Assembly: GCA_963705425.1 (NCBI GenBank)
Contig: CAVPJO010000009.1
Location: 189,184-253,183, forward strand
Length of the DNA stretch: 64,000 nucleotides
Direction of reading: 5' to 3'
Source of the DNA: an uncultured Chloroflexia bacterium
GTDB taxonomy: Bacteria > Chloroflexota > Limnocylindria > Limnocylindrales > CSP1-4
Below are positions 1 through 10,955 of this stretch, one piece after another (within the stretch, counting starts at the first letter, position 1; the number at the start of each line of letters is the position of its first letter). Below the pieces are notes generated by a model, which had not been told where the DNA came from, did no database searches, and saw only the letters and a list, made by a program, of their open reading frames with translations. Position numbers and translations under genes: made by a program.

Positions 1-379
1 CCTTGAGCTTCTGCAGCATCATGGCGCTGATCTCGGGAGGGCTGTACGACGTGCCACCGGCGAGGGTCACCACGATGCCGTCGCTGGTATCGTCCTTCTC
101 GACCTTGTAGGGCACGTAGTCGATGCTGCGCTGGACCTCGGGATCATCCCAGCGACGGCCGATGAAGCGCTTGATGGAGTAGACGGTGTTGGCGGGGTTG
201 GTGATGGCCTGCCGCTTGGCGATCTGGCCGACGAGGCGCTCGCCCTGCTTGCTGAAGGCCACCACCGAGGGCACGGTGCGGCCGCCCTCCGCGGAGGGGA
301 TGACGGTGGGCTCACCGCCCTCCATGACCGCGATGGCGGAGTTGGTGGTGCCGAGGTCGATGCCGATGATGCGTCCCAT
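1..379 (-). CDS. dnaK: Molecular chaperone DnaK (5' part, runs off window edge)
   Basis: Manual translation from ATG at 379: [42 protein letters not shown]...; directly downstream of grpE. Confidence 0.97.
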   Translation of the reverse strand, partial: MGRIIGIDLGTTNSAIAVMEGGEPTVIPSAEGGRTVPSVVAFSKQGERLVGQIAKRQAITNPANTVYSIKRFIGRRWDDPEVQRSIDYVPYKVEKDDTSDGIVVTLAGGTSYSPPEISAMMLQKLK

Positions 380-408
380 GGATGGTGCTCCTTGCGAGGT
401 TCGGTTTG

Positions 409-1041
409 TCAGTCTTCGTTGGTCGTCGTGTCGTCGTTGCGGGCGACCGCGACGAGGGCCGGCCTCAGTACGCGATCGCGGATGGTGAAGCCACGCTGGA
501 GGATCTTGATGACGATGCCATCGGGCACGTCGGCGGTGTCCTCATAGGAGATGGCTTGCTGGGTCTGAGGGTCGAAGGGCTCGCCTTCGCCGCCCATGGC
601 CGTGATGCCTTCCGCTTCGAGCAGTGCTCGCAGCTTGCGGTCGATGGCGCTGATGCCCTCGACCCAGGGGCTGCCCCTGGCCTCGTCGGGGACATGCTCG
701 ACCGCGAGGTCGAAGTCGTCCGCCAGATCGAGGACGCGAATGAGCAGCCGATCGCCGGCGATGTTGGCCGACTCGGCACGCTCCTCCTCGGAGCGTCGCT
801 TGAGGTTGGCGAAATCGGCCCTGGCGCGCTGCCAGCCGGCTTCGGCCTCAGCGGCGCGTTGTTCGGCGTTCTCGAGGGCAGCCTGAAGTTGCTCGAGTGC
901 CTCACTCGGCGAGGCGCCTTCGCTGTCGAGGGCGGCGATGCGCTCCTCGGCACGAGTGCCGCCGCGTTTGGCGGCGCTGGCCTGTCCGGCCTGTCGGGGG
1001 TTGCCGTTGGCGCTGCGGGCGCCGTCCTTCTCGTCGTTCAT
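409..1041 (-). CDS. grpE: Nucleotide exchange factor GrpE
   Basis: [24 protein letters not shown] and [17 protein letters not shown] motifs; lies between hrcA and dnaK. Confidence 0.96.
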   Translation of the reverse strand: MNDEKDGARSANGNPRQAGQASAAKRGGTRAEERIAALDSEGASPSEALEQLQAALENAEQRAAEAEAGWQRARADFANLKRRSEEERAESANIAGDRLLIRVLDLADDFDLAVEHVPDEARGSPWVEGISAIDRKLRALLEAEGITAMGGEGEPFDPQTQQAISYEDTADVPDGIVIKILQRGFTIRDRVLRPALVAVARNDDTTTNED

Positions 1042-2102
1042 GCGTATAGGTGATCCACCAGTTCGTTCATGAGGCCACGCACGTAGCGGACCGTGGAGAT
1101 GGCATGTGGGTAGGCCATGCGGGTCGGGCCGATGACGCCGACGACGCCGATGGCTCGGTCGACGCGTCCGTAGGGAGCGACCACGAGCGAGACGTCGTTC
1201 ATCTCCTCGTGCTCGTTCTCGCTGCCGATGAAGACGCTGACGTCATCGCTGACAGAGAGCCGCCCGACCAGACCGCCGAGATAGGCACGGTCCTGCAGCA
1301 CGCTGAAGACGCGGCGCAGGCGATCGGAGCTCTCGAACTCGGGCTCCTGCATGACATTGAGCAGGCCTTCGCTGAAGACCTCTTCGACGGTCGCGGAGTC
1401 GAACTCGTGCATGACCTTGGCGATGCGCTCTACCGCCTGGGTGAAGAGGGGGTCCACCGCACCCGGGCGCTCCCGCAGCGTGTCCAGCACCGCATCGACC
1501 TCTGGCGTGGTCTTGGCCCGCAAGACGCGATCCACACCGTGGGCGATCTCATCGACCTCTGACTGTCGATACTCACGCTCCAGGTTGAGCAGCACCTGCT
1601 TGACAGGACCGTCAGCCATGACCAGCAGGACGCTGGCCGAACGATCGGCGGTGGGCACGATGTCGATGCGCCGGATACGGCAGGAAGCGGGCTTGATGGG
1701 CGTGGCGATGGCTGCCGAGTGGGTGGCGCTCGCGAGTGTGGATGCCGCAAGACGGAACCACTGCTCGTTGGCGAACTCGACCTGGCCGAACTGGTGGCGG
1801 ATCATCAGCTGCTCGACCGGCGCCAGCGCGACCTGGTCGGAGATGGACTCCACGTACAGGCGGTAGCCGCGATCGGTGGGCACGCGTCCGGCACTGGTGT
1901 GAGGGTGGCCCAGCAGGTCGGCGGTCTCGAGCTCGGCCATGACGTTACGCACGGTGGCAGGGCTGATGGAGAGGGCGTACTTCTCCACCAGGGCAACGCT
2001 GCCCACCGGCTGTGCCGTGGCTACGTATTCCTCGATGATGGCCCGCAGGATGGCTGCTGATCGAGCCTCCAGCGGGCCGGGGCGTACCTTGCGCCGGGCC
2101 AT
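1038..2102 (-). CDS. hrcA: Heat-inducible transcriptional repressor HrcA
   Basis: ILRAIIEEYVATAQPVGS, SPATVRNVMAELE, PHTSAGRVPTDRGYR and GVIGPTRMAY motifs. Start placed at ATG 2102 (MARRK), downstream of CIRCE. Confidence 0.96.
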   Translation of the reverse strand: MARRKVRPGPLEARSAAILRAIIEEYVATAQPVGSVALVEKYALSISPATVRNVMAELETADLLGHPHTSAGRVPTDRGYRLYVESISDQVALAPVEQLMIRHQFGQVEFANEQWFRLAASTLASATHSAAIATPIKPASCRIRRIDIVPTADRSASVLLVMADGPVKQVLLNLEREYRQSEVDEIAHGVDRVLRAKTTPEVDAVLDTLRERPGAVDPLFTQAVERIAKVMHEFDSATVEEVFSEGLLNVMQEPEFESSDRLRRVFSVLQDRAYLGGLVGRLSVSDDVSVFIGSENEHEEMNDVSLVVAPYGRVDRAIGVVGVIGPTRMAYPHAISTVRYVRGLMNELVDHLYA

Positions 2103-2140
2103 TCGTCCTCGTTCGATTCGGGGGTCTTCTCGCTCGTGGG

Positions 2141-2167
2141 TTAGCACTCACACATCGAGAGTGCTAA
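2141..2167. promoter_or_regulatory. CIRCE element (HrcA operator)
   Basis: Perfect TTAGCACTC-N9-GAGTGCTAA upstream of hrcA. Confidence 0.98.
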
Positions 2168-2180
2168 CTCCAGTGCCGGT

Positions 2181-2210
2181 ATCGTATCACTCCCCCGTCA
2201 CGAGTGTCAA
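2181..2210 (-). promoter_or_regulatory. Sigma70-type promoter of hrcA-grpE-dnaK
   Basis: Minus strand TTGACA-18 nt-TACGAT immediately upstream of CIRCE. Confidence 0.8.
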
Positions 2211-2359
2211 CGACCCGAAGAGCCCACTGTCCCTCGAGGCCCGAAGAGTCCACGCCAGAGCGGACCGCTCGGTGACCCGACCCACAGGTCGACGCCATCG
2301 GGATTGACCACGGACCGCGTCCTCGCGAGCCAAACCCGGAAGAACCGGCGGCGCGTACG

Positions 2360-3250
2360 CTACGGATGGACAACCTGCCCACGAATCTCTTCGCTCTCGA
2401 GCGCATCTTCCGAGCGCACGAGTAGCGCCACATCATGCCACTCGCCTGAAGCGTCGCAGCCACCCTGATATCGATCGATCACCTTGATGGCGTGGAGGTC
2501 CGCGCCGATGTCGATGACCGCATCGGGCCCACGGGGAAACGACCTCCACCCGACCATCAGCCGGGTTCCCCTCGCGTATGGTGTCCCGGCCACGAAGGCG
2601 ATGTCGTCACCGACGGACGTACCGGCCCAGGCCCAGTCGGACTCGCGAGCCGTCGGCATCCTCGCCTCCAGAAGTCGGCCGCTCCTGTCGCGAACGACGA
2701 CCCTGTAGCGCTCGTCGAAGACATTGGTGCCCCGGATGACCAGCCGCTTGACCACTTCGCCCGGGAAACCATCCTCGAAACGAGGATGGTCCTGGGCGCG
2801 ACGGATGGGGTCGTGGCCGTTGTCGAAGAGCACGGCCGAGAGCACTTCGACCGGGAGCAAGCCCCGGTTCTCCCAGCGATAGACCCCGGTGGCGTCGGTG
2901 TACAACGTGGAGCCGGCCTCGAAGACGCGCCGCGGACCCTTCTTGCTCTCCGAGAAGCCGCCCTCGACCGCGACCACGGTCAACGCGCCCGATACGACGG
3001 TCGAAGCCCAGTCGTTGCTGAAGACCGACGCCGGGATGACCGCTCCTGGCTCGAGCGTCGTCCTGACCTGCATCAAGTGGTCGTCGCCGTCCTCGAGCCA
3101 GGTATCCGAGAGGATCTCGTGAGTGACGCCGCGCAGGTCCTCGCCATCGACATAGTCTCCGGCGAAGAGCTCGTCCTCGGCCACGGTCGGCGCGGCCAGC
3201 ACGAGCATCACGAGTGAAGCCATGGCCGTGGCGCGGAACGAAGCGTGCAC
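2360..3250 (-). CDS. Secreted hypothetical protein with a cupin-like N-terminal domain
   Basis: Signal peptide (LVMLVLAAPTVA); cupin-like pattern TLEPGAVIP...VVSGALTV...FEAGSTLY...WENRG..PVEVL. Confidence 0.6.
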   Translation of the reverse strand: MHASFRATAMASLVMLVLAAPTVAEDELFAGDYVDGEDLRGVTHEILSDTWLEDGDDHLMQVRTTLEPGAVIPASVFSNDWASTVVSGALTVVAVEGGFSESKKGPRRVFEAGSTLYTDATGVYRWENRGLLPVEVLSAVLFDNGHDPIRRAQDHPRFEDGFPGEVVKRLVIRGTNVFDERYRVVVRDRSGRLLEARMPTARESDWAWAGTSVGDDIAFVAGTPYARGTRLMVGWRSFPRGPDAVIDIGADLHAIKVIDRYQGGCDASGEWHDVALLVRSEDALESEEIRGQVVHP

Positions 3251-3325
3251 CGAGGACCCCCTGACTGGGCAGACGAACCTGCTCGATCCCTCCTGCGCGC
3301 AGCATACGCCGACGGGCGATGCGGC

Positions 3326-4534
3326 CTACCAGCTCTGGGCTTCGCCTCCGACGCGGTCGGCGCTGCGCTGCTCTTCCTCGCCACTCTCGATGTAGGCGTG
3401 GAACGGGTCGGCGGGCAGGCCGCGCTCCTGGCGCAACTCGCCGAGCGGACCACGCACGTCGGTGAAGAAGGCGCTCCAGAGCAGGTTGTTGGCCTCGAGC
3501 ACGTCGCCCCGAGCCTGGGCCGCCAGGAGCGCTTGGCGATCGACCAGCAGGGCCTTGGCAAACAGCTCCTGCAGCGTCTGCACCGAGCGGATGATGGCCG
3601 GCACCTTGGCCTCGATGTTGTGGCACTGGTCGAGCATGTAGACCGTGTCCTCGGCGGTCTTCTGGGCCACCGGGTCGTCATCGTCACGCATGGCGTTGAT
3701 GAGCTCGTGCGTGATGCGGAACATCTGGTAGGGATCGATGGAGCCGACCATCAGGTCGTCGTCGCCGTACTTCTTGTCGTTGAGGTCGAACGCGCCGAGC
3801 TTGCCCTCGGCCAGCAGGATGGCCACGATCTGCTCGATGTTCACGCCCAGGCTGTGATGGCCGGTGTCGACGCAGACCACGGCCCGCTCGCCGACGCGGT
3901 TGCAGACCGCCAGCGACTGGCCCCAGTCCTGCACGTCGGTCGAGTACAGCGCGGGCTCGAAGATCTTGTACTCGAGCAGCATGCGGGCGTTCTCGGGCAG
4001 CCATGCGTACGCCGTCTGCAGGCCCTCGACGAGGCGGTTGCGACGCCAACGCAAGTCGTCCTGGCCCGGGTAGTTGGTGCCGTCGCCGAGCCACACCTTG
4101 ACGGCCGGTGCGCCCATCTCGTCGGCGATGGCGCAGCAGTCCCGGAGGGCTTCGAGTGCCTTGTCGCGGACGGCGGAGTCCGGGTGGCACATGGAACCGA
4201 GCATGTAGTCGGCATCCTGGAAGGTATTGAGGTTGATGCCGCCCACGCCGAGGTCCTTCGAGTTGAGGTACTCGAGCAGGCCGGTGTAGTCGTCGGTCTT
4301 GTCCCAGGGGATGTGCAGGGCGACCGTCCGCGCGATGCCGGTGTAGCGGTGCACGGTGCCGGCGTCATCGATCTTCTCCTCGACGGTACGCGGCGTGCCT
4401 GGATGCTGCCAGACCCGGAAGCGCGTGCCGGTGTTCATGAAGCCCCACGATGGGATCTCGATGGATAGCCCGTCGACCGCCCACAACAACTTCTCCTCGA
4501 TGGAGCTGGCGCTCGCGTCGTATGTGCTGATCAT
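3326..4534 (-). CDS. rhaI: L-rhamnose isomerase (xylose-isomerase-like TIM barrel, RhaI subtype)
   Basis: IEIPSWGF.NTGTRF, ALHIPWD, WLGDGTNYPGQD, EYKIFEP, DTGHH and DQCHNIE motifs. Confidence 0.88.
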   Translation of the reverse strand: MISTYDASASSIEEKLLWAVDGLSIEIPSWGFMNTGTRFRVWQHPGTPRTVEEKIDDAGTVHRYTGIARTVALHIPWDKTDDYTGLLEYLNSKDLGVGGINLNTFQDADYMLGSMCHPDSAVRDKALEALRDCCAIADEMGAPAVKVWLGDGTNYPGQDDLRWRRNRLVEGLQTAYAWLPENARMLLEYKIFEPALYSTDVQDWGQSLAVCNRVGERAVVCVDTGHHSLGVNIEQIVAILLAEGKLGAFDLNDKKYGDDDLMVGSIDPYQMFRITHELINAMRDDDDPVAQKTAEDTVYMLDQCHNIEAKVPAIIRSVQTLQELFAKALLVDRQALLAAQARGDVLEANNLLWSAFFTDVRGPLGELRQERGLPADPFHAYIESGEEEQRSADRVGGEAQSW

Positions 4535-4931
4535 CCCGGCATCTCCTTAGTGCTGTGCACGCTTGCCCGTTGGGCCGCAGACGCAGTCATGGTAGACCGC
4601 GATGCAATCGAATGCGTGGTCCATAGGGCACGCCCACCGGGACCGTTTGCCAGGTGGTGGGCGAAGCCTGTCGTCATGCCTCCGGCCACGAGCGCCGGCC
4701 GGGGACCCGGTCTGCCCGGCCCACCATCGAACTCGACCGATGTGATGGCCATCTTGCAGGTTCGGTCCACGGGCTGAGCAGGGGTGTCACCCATGCTCTC
4801 CCCGTGCGCAAGAACGGCAGGATCGGCCCCCGACGCGTCGAGATGGCTCACTCCGCGAGAAGCTGGGGCAGGGGCCGGAGGCCGGAAGCCGGGGCCAGAG
4901 GCGCCATCCCGCGAACCCCGGCATCAAACGT

Positions 4932-5756
4932 CTAGGGCGCGGTCTCGTAGTTCTGGTAGAGATAGCGCCTTGGAACCTGGCCACTCTCGTGGATCTTGCG
5001 CGCCAGCGGTCGGCCGAAGTAGCGCCAGTGCCACGGCTCGTAGCTGTAGCAGGAGGCCGACTTCTTGCCCTCCGGGTAGGACATGATGAAGCCATACTTC
5101 CAGCCGTTGCGCGCCAGCCACTTGCCGGCCGGTGAGTCGCCGAACTTCGTGCTCAGGGGCACGCCCGGCGCCGTGGTGAAGTCGATGGTCGTACCGAGCT
5201 GATGCTCGGAGTGTCCGGGGCGAGCCGAGAACTTGATGGCTCGCGCGTAGCCGTTGGTCCGTACGTAACTGTCGAACAGGGCTCGTTGGTAGTCGTAGGA
5301 GCGGTGCGCTGAGCGCACGGCCAGGGGCTTGCCGGCCTTGCGGGCTGCCGCGGCCAGGGCCTTGAGGTCCGCGATGATGATCTTGCGCACCTTGCCGCTG
5401 CCGGCGATGCCGGCCCGAGAGACCGAGACGAGATCCTTCGGCTGATAGCTCTTGCGTAGCTTCAGGTTGGTGTCGAGCAGCGTCTTCTTCCATTGGCGGA
5501 CCATGCCGTAGCGGGTCCGCTCGTCCTTGATCTCACAGGCTGGCAGGCGGACCTTGGACGGTTCGAATGCTCCCGCAGCGTCCCCTGCCACCATCATGCC
5601 CTCGGACACGAGGACCGCCAGGCCCAGCTCGAGGCTGGGTGGCGCGATCGGCGTGGCAGCGGGCTCGTCGGCAGCGAAGGCCGAGCCGGTCGTACCCAAG
5701 AGCAGCACGGTCGACAGGGCCACGGCCATGACACGACGGGCATTCGTGGCTGACAT
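4932..5756 (-). CDS. M15B family D-alanyl-D-alanine carboxypeptidase (VanY-like), secreted
   Basis: Signal peptide; [23 protein letters not shown] and EPWHWRY motifs. Confidence 0.9.
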   Translation of the reverse strand: MSATNARRVMAVALSTVLLLGTTGSAFAADEPAATPIAPPSLELGLAVLVSEGMMVAGDAAGAFEPSKVRLPACEIKDERTRYGMVRQWKKTLLDTNLKLRKSYQPKDLVSVSRAGIAGSGKVRKIIIADLKALAAAARKAGKPLAVRSAHRSYDYQRALFDSYVRTNGYARAIKFSARPGHSEHQLGTTIDFTTAPGVPLSTKFGDSPAGKWLARNGWKYGFIMSYPEGKKSASCYSYEPWHWRYFGRPLARKIHESGQVPRRYLYQNYETAP

Positions 5757-5766
5757 GGCCAGCATG

Positions 5767-7012
5767 CTACGCGCCTGCCCCTGAACCTGCACTCGGCGCC
5801 GCCCCGTCGGGCAGCAAGCGGGCGAAGACCTCGTTGGCCAGCAGGCGGCCATCTTGCGTGAGGCGGGTGCGCTCGTCCACGTCCTCGACCAGGCCCACGG
5901 AACGTGCCCACTCGAACGTGGCAGCCAGGGCCGGGTCGGCCGCCAGCCCGAGGTCGATGCCCGCACTCAGGCGCAGCCCCAGGATGGCGCGCTCGGCCAG
6001 CGCGGTGGCCTCGTCGACCTCCTCGGCTCCACCGGGCGGCAGGCGCCCGGCATCGAGGGCCGCGATGTAGCGCGTCGAGCCGGGCCGCGTTCCAGGTACG
6101 CCGCAGGGCGCCATCGGATGCGTGTGCGCCGGGACCCAGCGCGAGATACGGACGGCGGCGCCAGTAGAGCAGGTTGTGGCGGCTCTCCTGCCCGGGCCGG
6201 GCTAGGTTGGCGATCTCGTAGCGTTGCAGACCGACGGTCGCGGTCAGGGCGTCGGTCATCAGCTCCATCTCCGCGGCGCGTTCGTCGGACTGCTCCGGCG
6301 ACGGCTCGCTCACGCCAGGCACGAGCACCGTGGCTGACCGGCAGGTGGTCGCCGTCGGGCCCGGTCAGCCCTTCGACCTCGGGGTCGTCGAGCGTCAGCG
6401 TGTAGGCCGAGAGGTGCTCGGGTTCGAGATCGAGCACCGCGCCGAGCGTGGCCCGCCAGGAGTCGAGAGATTGGCCGGGCATATCGGTGAGCAGATCGAG
6501 GCTGACCGAACCGATGCCGGCTGCGCGAGCAGCAGCGACCGCGGCCACCACATCGGCCGCTTGATGGCGGCGGCCCAGGCGTCGCAGCTCGTCGTCATCC
6601 ATCGACTGCGCGCCGATCGAGAGCCGGTTCACGCCGGCCACGCGGAACCCAGCCAGGTCGCCGATCTCGTCGCCCCCAGGATTGGCTTCGAGCGTGACCT
6701 CGGCATCGGTGGCGATGCCCAGCCGAACGTCGACGGCGGACAGCAGCGCCTCGACCTGCGGAGCCCTCATCAGCGATGGCGTGCCGCCTCCCAGGTAGAC
6801 GCTGGCCAGCGGTCGCGGTCGGCCCCGAAGCGCTCGTCGAGCGCATCCGCACGCAGCTCCAGCTCGCGGTGCACGGCCTCGAGCAAGACCTCGATCCGGT
6901 TCTGCGGCCCGCGAGCCGCGGCACCGGCCACGACCACGAAGTCGCAGTACGGGCAGAGCGAGACGCAGAACGGGAAGTGGACGTAGAGTCCCTCGGGCGG
7001 GAGCGGCTCCAT
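5767..7012 (-). CDS. hemW: Radical SAM heme chaperone HemW (HemN-like); frameshifted in assembly
   Basis: [60 protein letters not shown] and [12 protein letters not shown] motifs across several frames. Confidence 0.9.
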
Positions 7013-7039
7013 CGGGGAGCGGACGGCTCCAGTCCTCGC

Positions 7040-7784
7040 CTAGCCGCGCCGGTAGTCGCGTGGCGGGATGACGTAGGCACCACCGTCGCCGCTACCGCGG
7101 GCCGGCGCGGCCACCTGCTCGACGGCCGTGCGCTCCGGCGGGCCCATGGTCATGAACAGCGCGAAGCGGGTGATGGCGTGGCCCACGAAGGCGGCCGCGA
7201 TGCCGGCCGTCATCAGCACCAGCACGCCACCGACCAGGCCGATGGCCAGCCACACGCCGAGCATGAGGATGCCCGCGGCTACCGGTCCCGGCGCGAACGG
7301 CGAAGGCGTAGATGAAGGCCGGCTGACGACGGCCAGCCAGTCGGGCAGGCCGAGCGGCAGCAGCAGGCCCAGCAGCACGCCACGGAACAGGAATTCGTCG
7401 AAGAACGCCGTCCCGACCGAGTCGAGGACGCCGCCGGGGTAGCGCGCGGGCGGCGGGAAGCTGATGCGGCCGTTGCGGAGGATGGCCAGCACGAACGCGC
7501 CGATGATGCCGACGCCGCCATAGAGCAAGCCCAGCACGAGCGCCTCGCCGCGATCGGGCGCGAGGACCAGGTTGAGCTCGGACACCGGCGACGGATGCAG
7601 GGCGAAGATGATCAGGCCAGCGCGAGACCGGCGCGCATACCACGACAAGCGGCGCCAGCCAGACGCGCCAGTCGCCGTCCTCGGTGTCCCATTCGGCCGC
7701 GCTGAAGCGCTGGGCGTCGAGGCGCAGCAGGAACATCAGGCCAGCGAAACCGACGAACAGGATGTACTGGAGGAACTCGGGCAT
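7040..7784 (-). CDS. CPBP (Abi/CAAX) family intramembrane glutamic metalloprotease; frameshifted
   Basis: Multiple TM segments; FFDEFLFRG and AAFVGHAITR motifs. Confidence 0.75.
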
Positions 7785-7787
7785 CGC

Positions 7788-9609
7788 CTAGCCGCTCTCG
7801 CTGCCGCGCAGCACGGCCAGGAAGGCCTCCTGTGGGATCTCGACGCTGCCGACCCGCTTCATGCGCGCCTTGCCCTCCTTCTGCTTCTCGAGCAGCTTGC
7901 GCTTTCGTGTCACATCTCCACCGTAGCACTTGGCGAGGACGTTCTTGCGCATCGCTCGGACGGTCTCGCGGGCGATGACGTTGGAGCCGATGGCCGCCTG
8001 GACGGGTACCACGAACATCTGGCGCGGGATGAGCTCCTTGAGCCGCTTGGTCAGCTCCCGTCCGGCGCGTCTGGGCATTGTCCGGTGGACGATGATGCTG
8101 AGGGCGTCGACGGGCTCGCCGTTGACGAGCACGTCGAGCTTGACGAGGTGGCCCTCGCGGTAGCCGATCTCCTCGTAGTCCATCGAGGCGTAGCCCTGCG
8201 TGCGGCTCTTGAGCTGGTCGTAGAAGTCGACGATGACCTCGGCCAGCGGCAGCTCGAAGTTCATGAGCACGCGGGTGGGGTCGAGGTACTCCATGTCGAT
8301 GAAGCTGCCGCGGTGGTTCGTGCCCAGCTCCAGGAGCGTGCCGATGTAGGTCGAGGGCGTGACGATCCCGAGCTTCACCCACGGCTCGGCGATGGATTCG
8401 ATCTCCGAGGGATCGGGCAGCAGGGCCGGGTTCTCGACGTGCACCTCGCCGCGGCCGTGGTTGAGCGTGACGAGGTACTCGACCGACGGTGCCGAGGCGA
8501 TGATGTCGAGGTCGAACTCGCGCTCCAGGCGCTCCTGCACGATCTCCATGTGCAGCAGGCCCAGGAAGCCGAGCGGAAGCCGAAGCCGAGCGCCACCGAC
8601 GACTCCGGCTCGAAGCTGATGGAGGCGTCGTTGAGGTGCAGCTTCTCGAGCGCGTCGCGCAGCACGGGATAGTCGGGGCCGTTGATGGGATAGACGCCGG
8701 CGAAGACGAGGGCCTTGGCCGGCTTGTAGCCGGGCAGCGGGGCTGCTGGCCGGTCTGCCGGCGCTGTGGTCAGCGTGTCGCCGACCTGACAGTCGCGGAC
8801 GGACTTGAGGCCGGTGGCGACGTAGCCGACCTCGCCGGGACCGAGCGTCTTGCACCGGCACCAGCTGCGGCCGGAAGATGCCCAGCTCCAGGATCTCGCT
8901 CTCCGCGCCCGAGCGCCATGAGGCGGATCTGCTCGCTGCCGCTGAGCGTGCCCTGGGCGAGGCGGACGTAGGCGACCACGCCCTTGTAGGCGTCGTAGTG
9001 GGAATCGAAGATGAGACCCTGCAGCGGCGCCTCGGGATCGCCCTTGGGCGGCGGGATGCGCTCGACGATGGCCTCGAGCACCTCGAGCACGTTGGTGCCG
9101 TCCTTGGCGCTGACCATGATGACCTCCTCGCGCGGGATGGCGAGGACGTTCTCGAGCTCCTCGATGACGAGTTCCGGCTGCGCCGAGGGCAGGTCGATCT
9201 TGTTGAGCACGGGGATGATGACGAGGTCCTGGGCCAGGGCCAGGTAGACGTTGGCCAGCGTCTGTGCCTCGATGCCCTGCGCGGCATCGACGACGAGGAT
9301 GGCGCCCTCGCAGGCCTGCAGGCTGCGGCTGACCTCGTAGGAGAAGTCGACGTGGCCGGGCGTGTCGATGAGGTTGAGCCCGTAGCGCTTGCCGTCGCGG
9401 GCGGTGTGCTCGAGGCGGACGGCGCGGGCCTTGATGGTGATGCCCTTCTCGCGCTCGAGGTCCATGCTGTCGAGCACCTGGCTCGTCATCTGGCGCTTGT
9501 CGAGGGTATGGGTGACCTCGAGAAACCGATCGGCCAGCGTCGACTTGCCGTGGTCGACGTGGGCGATGATCGAGAAGTTGCGCAGGCGGTGCTGAGGAAT
9601 TCGTTCCAT
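7788..9609 (-). CDS. lepA: Translation elongation factor 4 (LepA); frameshifted
   Basis: [56 protein letters not shown] and [21 protein letters not shown] motifs. Confidence 0.97.
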
Positions 9610-9650
9610 GGGACGCCGCGAGTCTACCAAGTGACGCTGGGACTACGCCC

Positions 9651-10078
9651 TCACTGAGGCTGCGTGACGTTGCTCGAGCGAAGCGAGGCCTTGCCGATCA
9701 GCACACCCAGGATGACTGCCACGAGCTGGATGACCCCGCCGTGGCGACAAGCCAGACGACTGGACCATGGACCGGCGACAGCTCGCCGGCTAGGAAGGGT
9801 GCGAGCAACCACCTCGCGATGAGCTCGCCAACCCAACCCGCGAGCACGAGGAGGGCAAGCGCAGCCGAGGAGACGCCCGTACCCAGCCAGCGACCAAAGG
9901 CGAAGCCGACGATGGCTGCAAGGCCAGCCTGCAGCGCCCAGACCACGAACCACGACGGGTCGAGGAACGGCCCCGGACCATTGAAGACGGACAAGCCCCG
10001 AACCGCGACCCACGAAACCACCACCGTGAGACCGAGGGTCAGCGTAAGGGCGACGACCCGCAGGAGCGTCTTCCACAT
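9651..10078 (-). CDS. Hypothetical 4-TM membrane protein, paralog 1
   Basis: Hydrophobic ORF ([15 protein letters not shown]...[15 protein letters not shown]); the C-terminus continues in a shifted frame to the stop at 9651. Confidence 0.7.
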
Positions 10079-10212
10079 GACGAGCCCGATACTACTCCCG
10101 GTCGTCGTGCGGCTCGAGGGTCACGATGCCAGTTTGCACGGGCGCAGGCGGTCTTGCGGGATACGTTCCATGGGATCGCTCGATTCTAGCAAGCAGAGCT
10201 CAACCTACGTCC

Positions 10213-10641
10213 TCAGCCGGTCTGCGCAGTCCTCCCTGGCTGAACCGATGCCTTCCCGACCAACGCTCCGGTGACCGCAGCCAGCACCTGGATGAACCCG
10301 CCTGTGGCCACCAGCCAGATGCTCGGACCGTGCACCGATGACAGTTCGCCCGCCAGGAACGGCGCCAGCGCTGAGGCCACGACGAGTTCCCCGATCCAAG
10401 CCGCCAGCATCAAGCCGATGAGCCGAGCGCTTGTGGCATCCCTTCCCCACGACCGACCGATGGCCAGGCCGAGCATGCCCGCCAGCCCCGCCTCGATGGT
10501 CCAGATCACGAACCAGGACGAATCCAGGAACGGTCCCGGGCCATTGAAGACAGACGCTCCGCGTACAGCCAACCACGACACCACGACGGTAGCCCCCAGG
10601 GCCAGCGTCAGTCCCAGGATGCGCAGCAACGTGTTCCCCAT
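10213..10641 (-). CDS. Hypothetical 4-TM membrane protein, paralog 2
   Basis: Closely similar to 9651..10078 ([15 protein letters not shown]...[15 protein letters not shown]). Confidence 0.75.
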   Translation of the reverse strand: MGNTLLRILGLTLALGATVVVSWLAVRGASVFNGPGPFLDSSWFVIWTIEAGLAGMLGLAIGRSWGRDATSARLIGLMLAAWIGELVVASALAPFLAGELSSVHGPSIWLVATGGFIQVLAAVTGALVGKASVQPGRTAQTG

Positions 10642-10955
10642 GGCGGGCTCGATGGTAGCGCTTGGTCACGTCGCGCCACGTGCCATGGGGTCGCCCGGCT
10701 CCGGCCGGCGTCTGCCTTCGCAGCGGAGCACGCCTGCTGCGATCTCCTCCGCCACCTCGACAGGCCCAGGGGCCAGGGTCGCGCCGCGCCGTGTCGCGTC
10801 GGGTCGGGTCGCTGGGAAGATCATCGCGCTGGCGCGCACGAGCGTACTGCGCTACCATCAGTCTTCGCGCGAACGCCGGTCGCGTCGTGGCATGTCGTGC
10901 CCGTCGACGGCGGAAGCCGCGAGAGACCACCTAGAGCTGTTGAGGACATAACACC

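Noticed and set aside
2103-2147. ORF-track N-terminal extension of HrcA starting at 2147
   Set aside because: That start lies inside the CIRCE operator; ATG at 2102 (MARRK) is more plausible
4535-4930. 400-bp gap between rhaI and the VanY-like gene as an ncRNA or small gene
   Set aside because: No recognisable riboswitch motif, operator or convincing ORF by eye; an Rfam search would be needed
4932-5756. vanY as a glycopeptide-resistance determinant
   Set aside because: No vanHAX or vanRS context; M15B peptidases are common housekeeping cell-wall enzymes
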